Shown: positions 9,952 to 18,350 of the stretch, in pieces | Position numbering within the stretch: position 1 is the stretch's first letter | How the letters are laid out: each line of letters begins with the position of its first letter | Assembly (NCBI GenBank): GCA_031549965.1 | Contig: JAVBPB010000003.1 | Location: forward strand, 4,690-68,689 | Direction: 5' to 3' | DNA length: 64,000 nucleotides | From: Mobilisporobacter sp. | Lineage (GTDB): Bacteria; Bacillota; Clostridia; Lachnospirales; Lachnospiraceae | Position numbers and translations under genes: made by a program | Notes under the pieces: generated by a model | Seen by the model: the letters and a program-made list of their open reading frames with translations, nothing else | Database searches by the model: none | What the model was told of the DNA's origin: nothing

Positions 9952-10509
9952 ATGGTATCAGCAGGCGATTTTAGAAATGGATTAACAATTGAAATTGAAA
10001 ATAACATTTTTCAAGTAATAGAATTTCAACATGTAAAACCTGGAAAAGGTGCAGCATTTGTTAGAACAAAATTAAGAAACATTAAGAGTGGCGGAGTTAT
10101 TGAAAAAACTTTCAGACCAACTGAAAAATACCCACAAGCTCACATTGACAGAAGTGATATGCAGTATTTATATTCAGATGGAGATTTATTCCATTTCATG
10201 GATGTAGAAACATATGAGCAAATCGCATTGAATGAAGATTCAATCGGTGATGCACTTAAATATGTTAAAGAAAACGATATGGTAAAAATGCTTTCACATA
10301 ACAAGCAGGTATTTGCAATAGAACCACCATTGTTTGTTGAACTTATAATCACAGAAACTGAACCGGGATTTAAAGGTGACACAGCTCAAGGAGCTACTAA
10401 ACCAGCTACTGTTGAAACCGGAGCAATTGTTTATGTTCCTCTATTTGTGGAACAAGGAGAAAAGATTAAAATTGATACCAGATCAGGAGAATATCTATCT
10501 CGTGCGTAG
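9952..10509 (+). CDS. efp: Elongation factor P
   Basis: 185 aa with ...[19 protein letters not shown]..., the typical EF-P KPGKG loop. Confidence 0.95.
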   Translation: MVSAGDFRNGLTIEIENNIFQVIEFQHVKPGKGAAFVRTKLRNIKSGGVIEKTFRPTEKYPQAHIDRSDMQYLYSDGDLFHFMDVETYEQIALNEDSIGDALKYVKENDMVKMLSHNKQVFAIEPPLFVELIITETEPGFKGDTAQGATKPATVETGAIVYVPLFVEQGEKIKIDTRSGEYLSRA

Positions 10510-10607
10510 GGATTGATTTTTGATGAAATGTTGGTTTTGCTATATCTATTTTAAGTGGCTAATAACTATTATTTTGGTTTTATTTTACAGATCATATACA
10601 AATTTTT

Positions 10608-10651
10608 AAACGATTGTGATATAATTTTATTTATAGCACAATCGTTTTTTT
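10608..10651 (+). terminator. Rho-independent terminator-like hairpin downstream of efp
   Basis: 11-bp stem AAACGATTGTG / CACAATCGTTT followed by a T-run. The loop is rather large (18 nt). Confidence 0.5.
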
Positions 10652-10712
10652 GCTTGAGGTAGATTAATATTAAGAAAACTGTGTATTTACATAATGGAAG
10701 GACTTATAAGAT

Positions 10713-11081
10713 ATGGATATTGAACGATTAGCGACGACGGCAATTATAGAGCGTAAAAGTTCAACCAATTCTTTTAATTTTAGCGTGGACATTTCTGACC
10801 TTAAGAACTATGATGTGGCTAATATTTTGATTAATAAAGAACCTATATCAATAATAAACAGATTGCAAGCAATTAAGCGCCAACGACCTTTGTCAAATGA
10901 TGAAATCGCAAGTTTAGTCATTTTACGAAACAAAAAAAATCAGAATAAACTTATAAAATGTGCCATTGCTATTCTACTGGAAGAAACTGAAAATGCTAAA
11001 AAGCTACTTGACGAGCTACCCAAAGATGAAAGAAAATTAATAACGGATTATCCGTTATATTCTTTTTTTAAGCCGGAATAG
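10713..11081 (+). CDS. Hypothetical protein (122 aa), no recognisable family
   Basis: ORF with GGAAGGA RBS about 10 nt upstream. Lies in a non-syntenic islet between efp and spoIIIAA. Confidence 0.5.
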   Translation: MDIERLATTAIIERKSSTNSFNFSVDISDLKNYDVANILINKEPISIINRLQAIKRQRPLSNDEIASLVILRNKKNQNKLIKCAIAILLEETENAKKLLDELPKDERKLITDYPLYSFFKPE

Positions 11082-11236
11082 TAAAGTTATTAATTTACAA
11101 TATTTTGCAAATTTGTTTTAAAGTATGAGCTTTGACAACTGAATGGAAAGTATCATTGAGGGTGATATTTTAGAAAACTGCTGCCATAGAAAAATGCATA
11201 TGCAGCAGTATACACCTTAATAATTATGAATGAGTA

Positions 11237-11461
11237 TTAATTCCAGTCAATATCGTTGTGACTTACTGTTTCACCATTACTATACTCATATTCAGATTGA
11301 ATAATACTTGCTTTTTCAGTGTCTGACAAATCATCAAAGGACAGTTTTTCAATAATTAATGTGTCATTTGATAACATGTACAATAATGGTTTGATGGCAA
11401 TCAGTTTTTCATCTGAAATAATGTTTATATAGTTGATTAGTTCATTTTTTAATGCAGACAT
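11237..11461 (-). CDS. Small acidic protein, putative antitoxin/partner of the upstream RelE-like toxin
   Basis: 74 aa, acidic C-terminus (...DDLSDTEKASIIQSEYEYSNGETVSHNDIDW). Starts 14 nt after the toxin stop and is co-oriented with it. Confidence 0.45.
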   Translation of the reverse strand: MSALKNELINYINIISDEKLIAIKPLLYMLSNDTLIIEKLSFDDLSDTEKASIIQSEYEYSNGETVSHNDIDWN

Positions 11462-11475
11462 AATTTATCATCCTT

Positions 11476-11727
11476 TCACATATAGGCTTCTCCACGAGGA
11501 ACAATTTCATTTACTATTATTATACCAGTATTTTCATTAATTGAGAATAGAATTCTTAAATCTCCAACACGAAGTCTATATATGTTTCTCTGACCCTTTA
11601 AAGGCTTTATATCACCTTGTGGAGGATCACTTGATAGTTTTTCAAAGGCATTTTTTAAGTGTTGTTTTGCGGGAGTACCTAGCTTGGAAATATATTTTAC
11701 CGCTTGTTTGGAATATTCTATTTGCAT
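11476..11727 (-). CDS. Type II toxin-antitoxin system RelE/ParE-family toxin
   Basis: 83 aa with ...DIKPLKGQRNIYRLRVGDLRILFSINENTGIIIVNEIVPRGEAY, the typical RelE/ParE core and C-terminal RGxxY. Confidence 0.8.
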   Translation of the reverse strand: MQIEYSKQAVKYISKLGTPAKQHLKNAFEKLSSDPPQGDIKPLKGQRNIYRLRVGDLRILFSINENTGIIIVNEIVPRGEAYM

Positions 11728-11942
11728 TTATTCACCATCCTTTATATCATCAGGAATGTATTCAGTGAGATCTCCTGGTTGGCAGTTACGAATTTGGCAA
11801 AGCTTTGTTATAGTAAACATGTCAATATTTTCATCTCTAATACATAATGATTTATTATTATTGTACGTCTAGGCAGGCAAAATGTCAAATAGAAACCATC
11901 TAAATAAGCGTACAAAACATCTGCCTGAGTTAAATCAACCAT
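11728..11942 (-). pseudogene. Degenerate small Cro/XRE-type HTH gene (frameshifted and stopped) abutting the toxin start
   Basis: My minus-strand translation gives MVDLTQADVL... in one frame. After a frame change and stop it gives ...YNNNKSLCIRDENIDMFTITKLCQIRNCQPGDLTEYIPDD*, the C-terminal signature of short XRE regulators (...LxKICxALxCQPGDLLEY). Its stop TAA (11728-11730) touches the toxin ATG (11727). Confidence 0.4.
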
Positions 11943-12081
11943 CTAATGATTATCCTTTATTATTTTACCCAATCAATCTAACCCCTCCTCCCTTCACCCT
12001 CTCAAAATAATCCCTCCCCCCAATAAAAAAATAGAATAAAAACCATTCTAAAACATATATTGTTCTAAGAAGGTGAATAAG

Positions 12082-13026
12082 ATGAATAAAAAAGACGAGC
12101 TAATAAAGATATTTTCAACAAATCTTAGAAATATAATATCTAAGATAAAACTAAACTACGAAATGATCCAAGAAATAAGACTAAGAGTAAACGCTCCATT
12201 AATAATAATTTATAACAACAATGAATTTTTTATTACAAAAAAAGGTGAAGTCAACAATAACATTGAAGAAGCATACATAGTATCCAAAAACGAAATAAGG
12301 GAAACCATGGAATACATAAGCAACTATTCAATGTATGCATTTGAAGATGAGATCAAACAAGGATTTATAACAATACAGGGAGGCCATCGTGTGGGAATTG
12401 CTGGAAAGACCATTATAGAAAACGATAGTATAAAAAGCATAAAGCACATTTCCTTTATAAATATCAGACTATCACACCAAGTAAAGGGCTGTGCTAATAA
12501 GGTTATGCCATTTATACAAAGTGGGGATGACATCTATCATACCTTAATAATCTCCCCTCCCAGATGTGGAAAAACCACCTTACTAAGAGATGTCATAAGA
12601 CAATTATCAAACGGAAATGGGATCAACAACGGCATTACCGTTGGAGTAATAGACGAACGTTCAGAAATAGGAGCCTGCTACATGGGTGAACCCCAAAATG
12701 AATTAGGAATCAGAACAGATATACTAGACTGCTGTCCAAAAGCAAGCGGAATGATGATGATGATTCGTTCAATGTCACCAAGAATTATTGCAGTTGATGA
12801 GGTAGGGCAGCGGGAAGATATAGACGCCATAGAATATGTAATTAACTGTGGATGTAAAATAATAGCAACAGTTCATGGAAGCACCATTGACGACATAAAA
12901 AACAAGCCGGTACTTTCAAAATTGGTTAGAGAAAAAATATTTGAAAGATACATTATACTTAACAATCATAAATCAGTAGGAAATATTGGAGAAATATATG
13001 ATGCAAGAGGAACAAGATTATATTAA
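12082..13026 (+). CDS. spoIIIAA: Stage III sporulation protein AA (ATPase)
   Basis: Walker A SPPRCGKTTLLRD, Walker B IIAVDEVG. First gene of an 8-gene spoIIIA array. ATG at 12082 is 8 nt after AAGAAGG. Confidence 0.9.
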   Translation: MNKKDELIKIFSTNLRNIISKIKLNYEMIQEIRLRVNAPLIIIYNNNEFFITKKGEVNNNIEEAYIVSKNEIRETMEYISNYSMYAFEDEIKQGFITIQGGHRVGIAGKTIIENDSIKSIKHISFINIRLSHQVKGCANKVMPFIQSGDDIYHTLIISPPRCGKTTLLRDVIRQLSNGNGINNGITVGVIDERSEIGACYMGEPQNELGIRTDILDCCPKASGMMMMIRSMSPRIIAVDEVGQREDIDAIEYVINCGCKIIATVHGSTIDDIKNKPVLSKLVREKIFERYIILNNHKSVGNIGEIYDARGTRLY

Positions 13027-13031
13027 AGAGG

Positions 13032-13565
13032 GTGTATAAATTGATAGGTATAAAACTTATAGGTGCTATTCTTATAATTACATCATCAACACTTTTAGGC
13101 TTTTACAAAAGCAATGGTTTAAAAACAAGAATAGAAGATTTAAATATTTTAAAAAAACTAATAATCATGCTAAAAGGAGAAATCAGGTATGCACGAACAC
13201 CTTTGCCCGAAGCACTTAATCATATTGGAAGAAAACAGACAGGTACATATAAAGATTTTCTGCTAAATTTATCAAAATCCATGGAAGACTTAGAGGGTAT
13301 TCCATTTAATGAATTATGGATAAAGAATATAGACACATATCTAATAAAAACAAATCTAAATAATAATGACAAAGAAGAATTAAAACAGCTTGGCAATAAT
13401 CTGGGATACCTAGATGCCCAGATGCAAATAAATACAATGGATTTATACTTATCTTCACTTGAAATACACATTAAAGAACTAGAGATTGGTTATAAGGAAA
13501 AAAGCCGATTATTTAACCTCCTTGGAATAATGGGAGGTGTATTCGTAACAATAATTATAATTTAA
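13032..13565 (+). CDS. spoIIIAB: Stage III sporulation protein AB
   Basis: Position and size (about 175 aa), N- and C-terminal TM helices. TTG at 13041 is an alternative start. Confidence 0.85.
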   Translation: MYKLIGIKLIGAILIITSSTLLGFYKSNGLKTRIEDLNILKKLIIMLKGEIRYARTPLPEALNHIGRKQTGTYKDFLLNLSKSMEDLEGIPFNELWIKNIDTYLIKTNLNNNDKEELKQLGNNLGYLDAQMQINTMDLYLSSLEIHIKELEIGYKEKSRLFNLLGIMGGVFVTIIII

Positions 13566-13573
13566 TAAACGGG

Positions 13574-13777
13574 GTGAGAAAATTGACAATTAATTTAATC
13601 TTTAAAATTGCAGCAGTAGGAATACTGGTATCAGTATTAGGACAGGTTCTAAAACATTCCGGAAGAGAGGAACATGCTTTTTTAACAAGCCTTGCAGGAC
13701 TTATTCTGGTTTTATCATGGGTATTACCATACATATATCAACTATTTGATACAATTAAAAACTTATTTTCATTATAG
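13574..13777 (+). CDS. spoIIIAC: Stage III sporulation protein AC
   Basis: 67 aa, two TM helices, ...IFKIAAVGILVSVLGQVLKHSGREEHAFL..., the typical SpoIIIAC motif. Confidence 0.9.
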   Translation: MRKLTINLIFKIAAVGILVSVLGQVLKHSGREEHAFLTSLAGLILVLSWVLPYIYQLFDTIKNLFSL

Positions 13778-13788
13778 GAGGTATACTT

Positions 13789-14175
13789 ATGCAGATAATG
13801 AAAATAGCAATACTTGGAATAGCAGCAATACTAATAGCCATTCAATTTAAAAGCAATAAATCAGAATATGGTATTTATATTAGTCTGGTAGCAGCAATTA
13901 TTATATTCTATTTTGGTATAACTAAGCTTGATATGATTTTAGAGACAATTAATAAAATAAGCGGATACATTTCAATAAATCAAAAATTTATTGCCATACT
14001 AATTAAAATTATTGGAATAACATACATCTGTGAATTTGCTTCAAGCTTATGTAAAGATGCCGGATATTCAGCAATAGCTTCACAAATAGAAGTTGTGGGA
14101 AAGCTTTCAATACTTGCAATTAGTATGCCGGTATTATTAGCACTATTAGAAACTGTAAACAGCTTTTTAGGATAG
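13789..14175 (+). CDS. spoIIIAD: Stage III sporulation protein AD
   Basis: 128 aa polytopic membrane protein in the conserved operon position. Confidence 0.88.
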   Translation: MQIMKIAILGIAAILIAIQFKSNKSEYGIYISLVAAIIIFYFGITKLDMILETINKISGYISINQKFIAILIKIIGITYICEFASSLCKDAGYSAIASQIEVVGKLSILAISMPVLLALLETVNSFLG

Positions 14176-14188
14176 ATGAGGTAAGAAT

Positions 14189-15310
14189 ATGCTAAAGAGG
14201 GGAATATTAATATGCTTTGTTTTAGTATTGCTATTTGGTACTAAAGCTTATGCCAGTGAAGGCATAGATGTTGATTATACAGATATAGAAAATGTACTTG
14301 GTGACATATTACAAAATGACAGTTTTAGCTTCAAACAATATGTAACAGATTTAATAACAGGAAAAGAAAGCTTTAGTCTTAAATCAATCCTAAACACTAT
14401 AAAAAACAGTGTTTTAAATGAACTTCAAAATAGTAAGAAAGTAATTTTTCAAATAATTGCCATAGGAATAATAGCGGCAGTATTTACTAATTTTTCAAAT
14501 ATATTTACTAATAATCAAATAGCTGAAACAGGTTTTTTTATAACATATTTACTTTTATTCACAATACTGACAAGCTCTTTTATAAGCATGTCCCATATGG
14601 CAGCAAACACCATAAGTTCAGTAATTAACTTTATGAATGCATTAATACCTACATATTTTTTAGCCATTGCTTTTAGTGCAGGAGCAAGAACTTCTTTAGT
14701 CTATTACGAATTAACAATTATAATAATAACCGTTGCAAATATGCTTTTGCTAAAAATTGTCATTCCATTAATAAATATGCACATGATTATCTCAGTCTCA
14801 AATAACCTGTCAAAAGAACCATTACTAACTAAACTGGCAGATTTTATAAAATTAATAATAGAATGGTCACTTAAAGCATTACTTACATTTGTAATAGGAT
14901 TTAATACCATTCAAGGACTTATAGTACCTATTGCGGACGGACTTAAAGGGACTGCAATTAATAAAGTGGCAAGCTTAATTCCAGGGGCAGGTGATGCTTA
15001 TAATACAGTAACAAAAACAATACTAGGTTCAGGTGCATTAGTTAAAAATGCAATGGGGGTAGCCGGATTAGTTGCGATAATAATTATATGTGCGGCACCG
15101 GTATTAAAAATTATTGTATTTATTATTATTTATGAAATATCAGCAAGTCTGATTCAGCCAATATCAGACAAAAGATTAATAAATTGTATAAATGCAGCTT
15201 CAGAATCAGGAAAATTATTACTAAAGCTTGTTTTCATAGGCTCATTACTATTTATAATTACAATTGCTATAATTTCTGCAACTACCAACGCCAGACTATA
15301 TATGGGATAA
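14189..15310 (+). CDS. spoIIIAE: Stage III sporulation protein AE
   Basis: 373 aa with signal peptide and multiple TM helices, in the conserved operon position. Confidence 0.88.
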   Translation: MLKRGILICFVLVLLFGTKAYASEGIDVDYTDIENVLGDILQNDSFSFKQYVTDLITGKESFSLKSILNTIKNSVLNELQNSKKVIFQIIAIGIIAAVFTNFSNIFTNNQIAETGFFITYLLLFTILTSSFISMSHMAANTISSVINFMNALIPTYFLAIAFSAGARTSLVYYELTIIIITVANMLLLKIVIPLINMHMIISVSNNLSKEPLLTKLADFIKLIIEWSLKALLTFVIGFNTIQGLIVPIADGLKGTAINKVASLIPGAGDAYNTVTKTILGSGALVKNAMGVAGLVAIIIICAAPVLKIIVFIIIYEISASLIQPISDKRLINCINAASESGKLLLKLVFIGSLLFIITIAIISATTNARLYMG

Positions 15311-15324
15311 AATGGAGGGGTAAA

Positions 15325-15924
15325 ATGGAATACATATATACATGGGTAAAAAATATAATTATATTCTTAATTTTGGTAAATATACTGTCTAATTTGGTTC
15401 AATCCGCAAACTATAAAAAATACACTAAAATATTTACAGGAATGGTTTTAATTATTATAGTTATTGCTCCAATATCTAAGATACTGAATTTAGGAAATAA
15501 GCTCGACTTTAATTTTAATTCTGAGCTGGTAAAATTAGATACTCGCTTATCAGATATAGACTTTGGGGATATAGAAAATAAGAAAAATGAGTTAATACTA
15601 AATGAATATAAAGATGAAATAACTAATCAAATCAAAGATTTTGCATTAAAAGAAGGATTAAATGTAAAATCAGTAGACCTAAAAATTAATGAAGAAACTT
15701 CAGATAATAATTATGGGAAGATTGAAAACATCAATATTATTTTAACAAAAAATTTAAGTGATAGCCAAATTAAAGTTGAAAAGGTTAAAAAAATTAATAT
15801 TAAAGATAAAACAAGCAAAAATAACAATCTAAATGAAAGTATTTCTGAAATAAACATAAAAAAAGCTTTATCGGACTTCTATAATATATCAACCAATAAT
15901 ATAAATATTAGTACACAGGAGTGA
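15325..15924 (+). CDS. spoIIIAF: Stage III sporulation protein AF
   Basis: ATG at 15325 is preceded by GGAGGGG. MEYIYTWVKNIIIFLILVNIL... matches the typical SpoIIIAF N-terminus. The ORF-track start at 15184 overlaps spoIIIAE and is rejected. Confidence 0.85.
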   Translation: MEYIYTWVKNIIIFLILVNILSNLVQSANYKKYTKIFTGMVLIIIVIAPISKILNLGNKLDFNFNSELVKLDTRLSDIDFGDIENKKNELILNEYKDEITNQIKDFALKEGLNVKSVDLKINEETSDNNYGKIENINIILTKNLSDSQIKVEKVKKINIKDKTSKNNNLNESISEINIKKALSDFYNISTNNINISTQE

Positions 15925-15928
15925 GACT

Positions 15929-16525
15929 ATGGAGAAAAAGAAAATAACTTTAAAAGAAATTGGGCCAAAGAATCTTATTATTATGTTCTTAGCAGGGGTA
16001 TTTCTTATTCTAGCCTCATTTGACTTTAATATACTTAATTCAGATAATAATAACAAACAATCAGTACAAGATGATGATAAAACATTAGAAAGTACATATG
16101 AAAAAGATGATACCAGTAAGTACATTGAAGAAAATGAAGGAAAATTAAAGGAGGCGTTAACAAAAGTTTTTGGCGTTGGGGCAGTTGAGGTAATGATTAC
16201 AGTTAACACTTCAAAAGAAACAGTAACATTACAAGATAAACCATATTCAAAAGAGACAATTAATGAATCAGATGGAGAGGGAACAAACAGGCAAAGTACT
16301 TCTATAACAAATAATGAAAATACGGTTATTATAAACGATGACAGCGGAAAGAATATACCATATATAATTAAGGAAATCGAACCTAAGATAGAGGGCGTAT
16401 TAGTAATTGCTGAGGGCGGAGGAGATCCTTTAGTTGTAAATGAAATTACAAGTGCCATTGAGGTATTATTTGGTGTGCCAGTACATAAAATTAAAGTAGT
16501 AAAAATGAATATATCAGGAGGTTAA
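15929..16525 (+). CDS. spoIIIAG: Stage III sporulation protein AG
   Basis: 198 aa with N-terminal TM helix and C-terminal ring-building motif region (...IEGVLVIAEGGGDP...VHKIKVVKM). Confidence 0.88.
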   Translation: MEKKKITLKEIGPKNLIIMFLAGVFLILASFDFNILNSDNNNKQSVQDDDKTLESTYEKDDTSKYIEENEGKLKEALTKVFGVGAVEVMITVNTSKETVTLQDKPYSKETINESDGEGTNRQSTSITNNENTVIINDDSGKNIPYIIKEIEPKIEGVLVIAEGGGDPLVVNEITSAIEVLFGVPVHKIKVVKMNISGG

Positions 16526-16527
16526 GT

Positions 16528-17394
16528 ATGAAAAGTATATTTAAAAAAAATCAGGTAATAATAACATCACTTGCAATAATGATAGCTATTGCAGGATACT
16601 TGCAATTCACAGGAGGAGATCCATTAGATCAAACTACCATAACTCAAAGTGAAGATCAAAATAGTGATGAATTTGCTGATATTAGCGATGATTCTCTTAG
16701 TATGGAAGAAGCTCTTGATGCAGAAAACATGGCGGCTGTAGTTAATTTAGAAAGTGGAGAAGAATATGAAAGCGAACTTGTTGAAAAAGTAGATTCTGAT
16801 GAAGCTAAAAAAACAACTAAAGAATCAGATAAAGATACAAAGGAAACAGATAAAGACACAAAAAGCAATAAGGATACAAAAGATAGTAAGGACTCAAAAG
16901 ACAGTAAGGATACAAAAGATAGTAAAGACAGCACAAAAGATGCAAAAGACTCAGCAAGTAACGAAGACTCAAAAGAAGTAGCAAGCAGTGAAGAGGACTC
17001 AACTCCAGGTGAAGCTGTTTTAACAGGAAGCTCAAATGTAGTAAGCTTTGCAGCATCAGCAAAACTTAGCCGTGAACAGACAAGGGCAAAAAACAAGGAA
17101 GTACTAATGGATTTAATAAATAATGAGAACATTTCTGAAGCACAAAAACAAGATGCAATCAACAATATGATAGAATTAACTTCAATTGCAGAAAAAGAAA
17201 CTGCAACAGAAACTTTATTATCAGCTAAGGGCTATGAAGGTGCTATTGTAAGTATAATTGATGATATGGTAGATGTAGTAATAAATAAAGAAAAATTAGA
17301 AGCAGCAGATGTTGCTAAAATTGAAGACATAGTAACCAGAAATACTGGTGTTGAAGTTAAGAACATAGTTATTACAACCATGAAAAATAAATAA
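16528..17394 (+). CDS. spoIIIAH: Stage III sporulation protein AH (with expanded low-complexity linker)
   Basis: N-terminal TM helix, acidic/Lys-rich linker, C-terminal YscJ/FliF-like part (...REQTRAKNKE...LLSAKGYEGAIVSI...). Last gene of the array. Confidence 0.85.
   Translation: MKSIFKKNQVIITSLAIMIAIAGYLQFTGGDPLDQTTITQSEDQNSDEFADISDDSLSMEEALDAENMAAVVNLESGEEYESELVEKVDSDEAKKTTKESDKDTKETDKDTKSNKDTKDSKDSKDSKDTKDSKDSTKDAKDSASNEDSKEVASSEEDSTPGEAVLTGSSNVVSFAASAKLSREQTRAKNKEVLMDLINNENISEAQKQDAINNMIELTSIAEKETATETLLSAKGYEGAIVSIIDDMVDVVINKEKLEAADVAKIEDIVTRNTGVEVKNIVITTMKNK
16828..16950 (+). repeat. Imperfect in-frame tandem repeats encoding (D/S)K(D/E)(T/S)K units inside spoIIIAH
   Basis: DKDTKETDKDTKSNKDTKDSKDSKDSKDTKDSKDSTKDAKD, with reiterated GATAAAGA(T/C)ACAAA / GATAGTAAGGA units at nucleotide level. 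Confidence 0.8.
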
Positions 17395-17417
17395 ATTGAA
17401 AGTTTTGAAAAAATAAA

Positions 17418-17445
17418 TTGCAAATCTTTTTAAGTTTGCTATAAT
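17418..17445 (+). promoter_or_regulatory. Candidate strong sigma-A promoter (extended -10) for the asp23-family gene
   Basis: TTGCAA, 16-nt spacer, then TGC-TATAAT (TGn extended -10). Confidence 0.55.
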
Positions 17446-17478
17446 AGAGTTATATATTGCAATTAGGAGGGAACAAAA

Positions 17479-17868
17479 TTGGAAAAAACACAAGACAATA
17501 GAAATACGTATAAGATACATGAGAATGGAAAAGTAGGAGAAGTACAAATTGCCGATGAGGTAGTTGCCATTATTGCAGGTCTAGCAGCAACTGAAGTTGA
17601 AGGGGTGGCTTCAATGGCTGGCAATATTACTAACGAATTAGTTGGTAAACTTGGAATGAAGAATCTGTCTAAGGGCGTAGAAGTAGAAGTAGGCCCTGAA
17701 TCTGTGTCTGCAAGCCTTGCTCTTACTCTTGAATATGGTTATAGTATACCAAAAGTATCCCAACAGGTACAAGAAAGAGTTAAATCAGCAATTGAGAATA
17801 TGACTGGCTTAAAAGTATCAGAAGTAAATGTAAGAATTGCAGGAGTTAATATCGAAAAAGGCAAATAA
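17479..17868 (+). CDS. Asp23/Gls24-family alkaline-shock/envelope-stress protein (YqhY-like)
   Basis: TTG start 7 nt after AGGAGGG. ...IADEVVAIIAGLAATEVEGVASM... is typical of Asp23. Conserved position after spoIIIAH. Confidence 0.85.
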   Translation: MEKTQDNRNTYKIHENGKVGEVQIADEVVAIIAGLAATEVEGVASMAGNITNELVGKLGMKNLSKGVEVEVGPESVSASLALTLEYGYSIPKVSQQVQERVKSAIENMTGLKVSEVNVRIAGVNIEKGK

Positions 17869-17888
17869 GCTTTCTTAATGTTAAATAA

Positions 17889-17919
17889 AAACCCTTAAAC
17901 ACTTGCTTTAAGGGTTTTT
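17889..17919 (+). terminator. Rho-independent terminator
   Basis: AACCCTTAAA / TTTAAGGGTT stem followed by TTT(A). Confidence 0.7.
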
Positions 17920-17942
17920 ATATGAATTTATTGGAGGATAAT

Positions 17943-18341
17943 ATGAATCGAAGAATAAGAAGAGAGCATTTATTTAGATTGCTTTTTAGATTAGAATTTC
18001 ATGAGGAAAACGAATATTTAGAACAAATTGAATTATACTTAGATAATATTAGTACAGAACATAATGAAGAAGATGATTTGTATTTAAAAGATACTTTTTT
18101 AAAGATTAAAGATTTAATCAATGAGATTGATACCAATATAAGTGAAGCTTCAGAAGGCTGGAAGATTGAACGTATGGGAAAAGTAGATCTAACAATTTTA
18201 AGAATAGCTTTTTACGAAATGAAATATGATGAAGATATACCTGATAGGGTAGCAATTAATGAGGCAGTGGAAATTGCCAAAAAATATGGACAGGACGAAT
18301 CGGGAAGCTTTATTAACGGTATTTTAGCAAAGCTTATATAA
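17943..18341 (+). CDS. nusB: Transcription antitermination factor NusB
   Basis: [15 protein letters not shown]..., ...[13 protein letters not shown]...[14 protein letters not shown] at 17943 follows GGAGGA. Confidence 0.9.
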   Translation: MNRRIRREHLFRLLFRLEFHEENEYLEQIELYLDNISTEHNEEDDLYLKDTFLKIKDLINEIDTNISEASEGWKIERMGKVDLTILRIAFYEMKYDEDIPDRVAINEAVEIAKKYGQDESGSFINGILAKLI

Positions 18342-18350
18342 AGGTGATGT

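Noticed and set aside
11541-11872. 75-aa and 62-aa + strand ORFs overlapping the RelE-like toxin gene.
   Set aside because: They are antisense to a gene with clear family signature. They have no RBS, and their composition is typical of spurious AT-rich ORFs.
15184-15324. ORF-track N-terminal extensions of spoIIIAF. The same applies to 8257 for aroQ, 17922 for nusB, 24958 for the Big_2 gene, 32454 for spo0A, 50371 and 51633 for collagen genes 1 and 2, and 57507 for the STAND gene.
   Set aside because: Internal ATGs with properly spaced GGAGG-type RBSs give N-termini matching the family (or a signal peptide). The extensions overlap upstream genes or lack an RBS.
15889-17165. 189-aa and 169-aa antisense ORFs over spoIIIAG and spoIIIAH, and short + frame ORFs in the Lys/Asp repeat.
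   Set aside because: Low-complexity Ser/Leu-rich translations opposite conserved sporulation genes. No start context is present.
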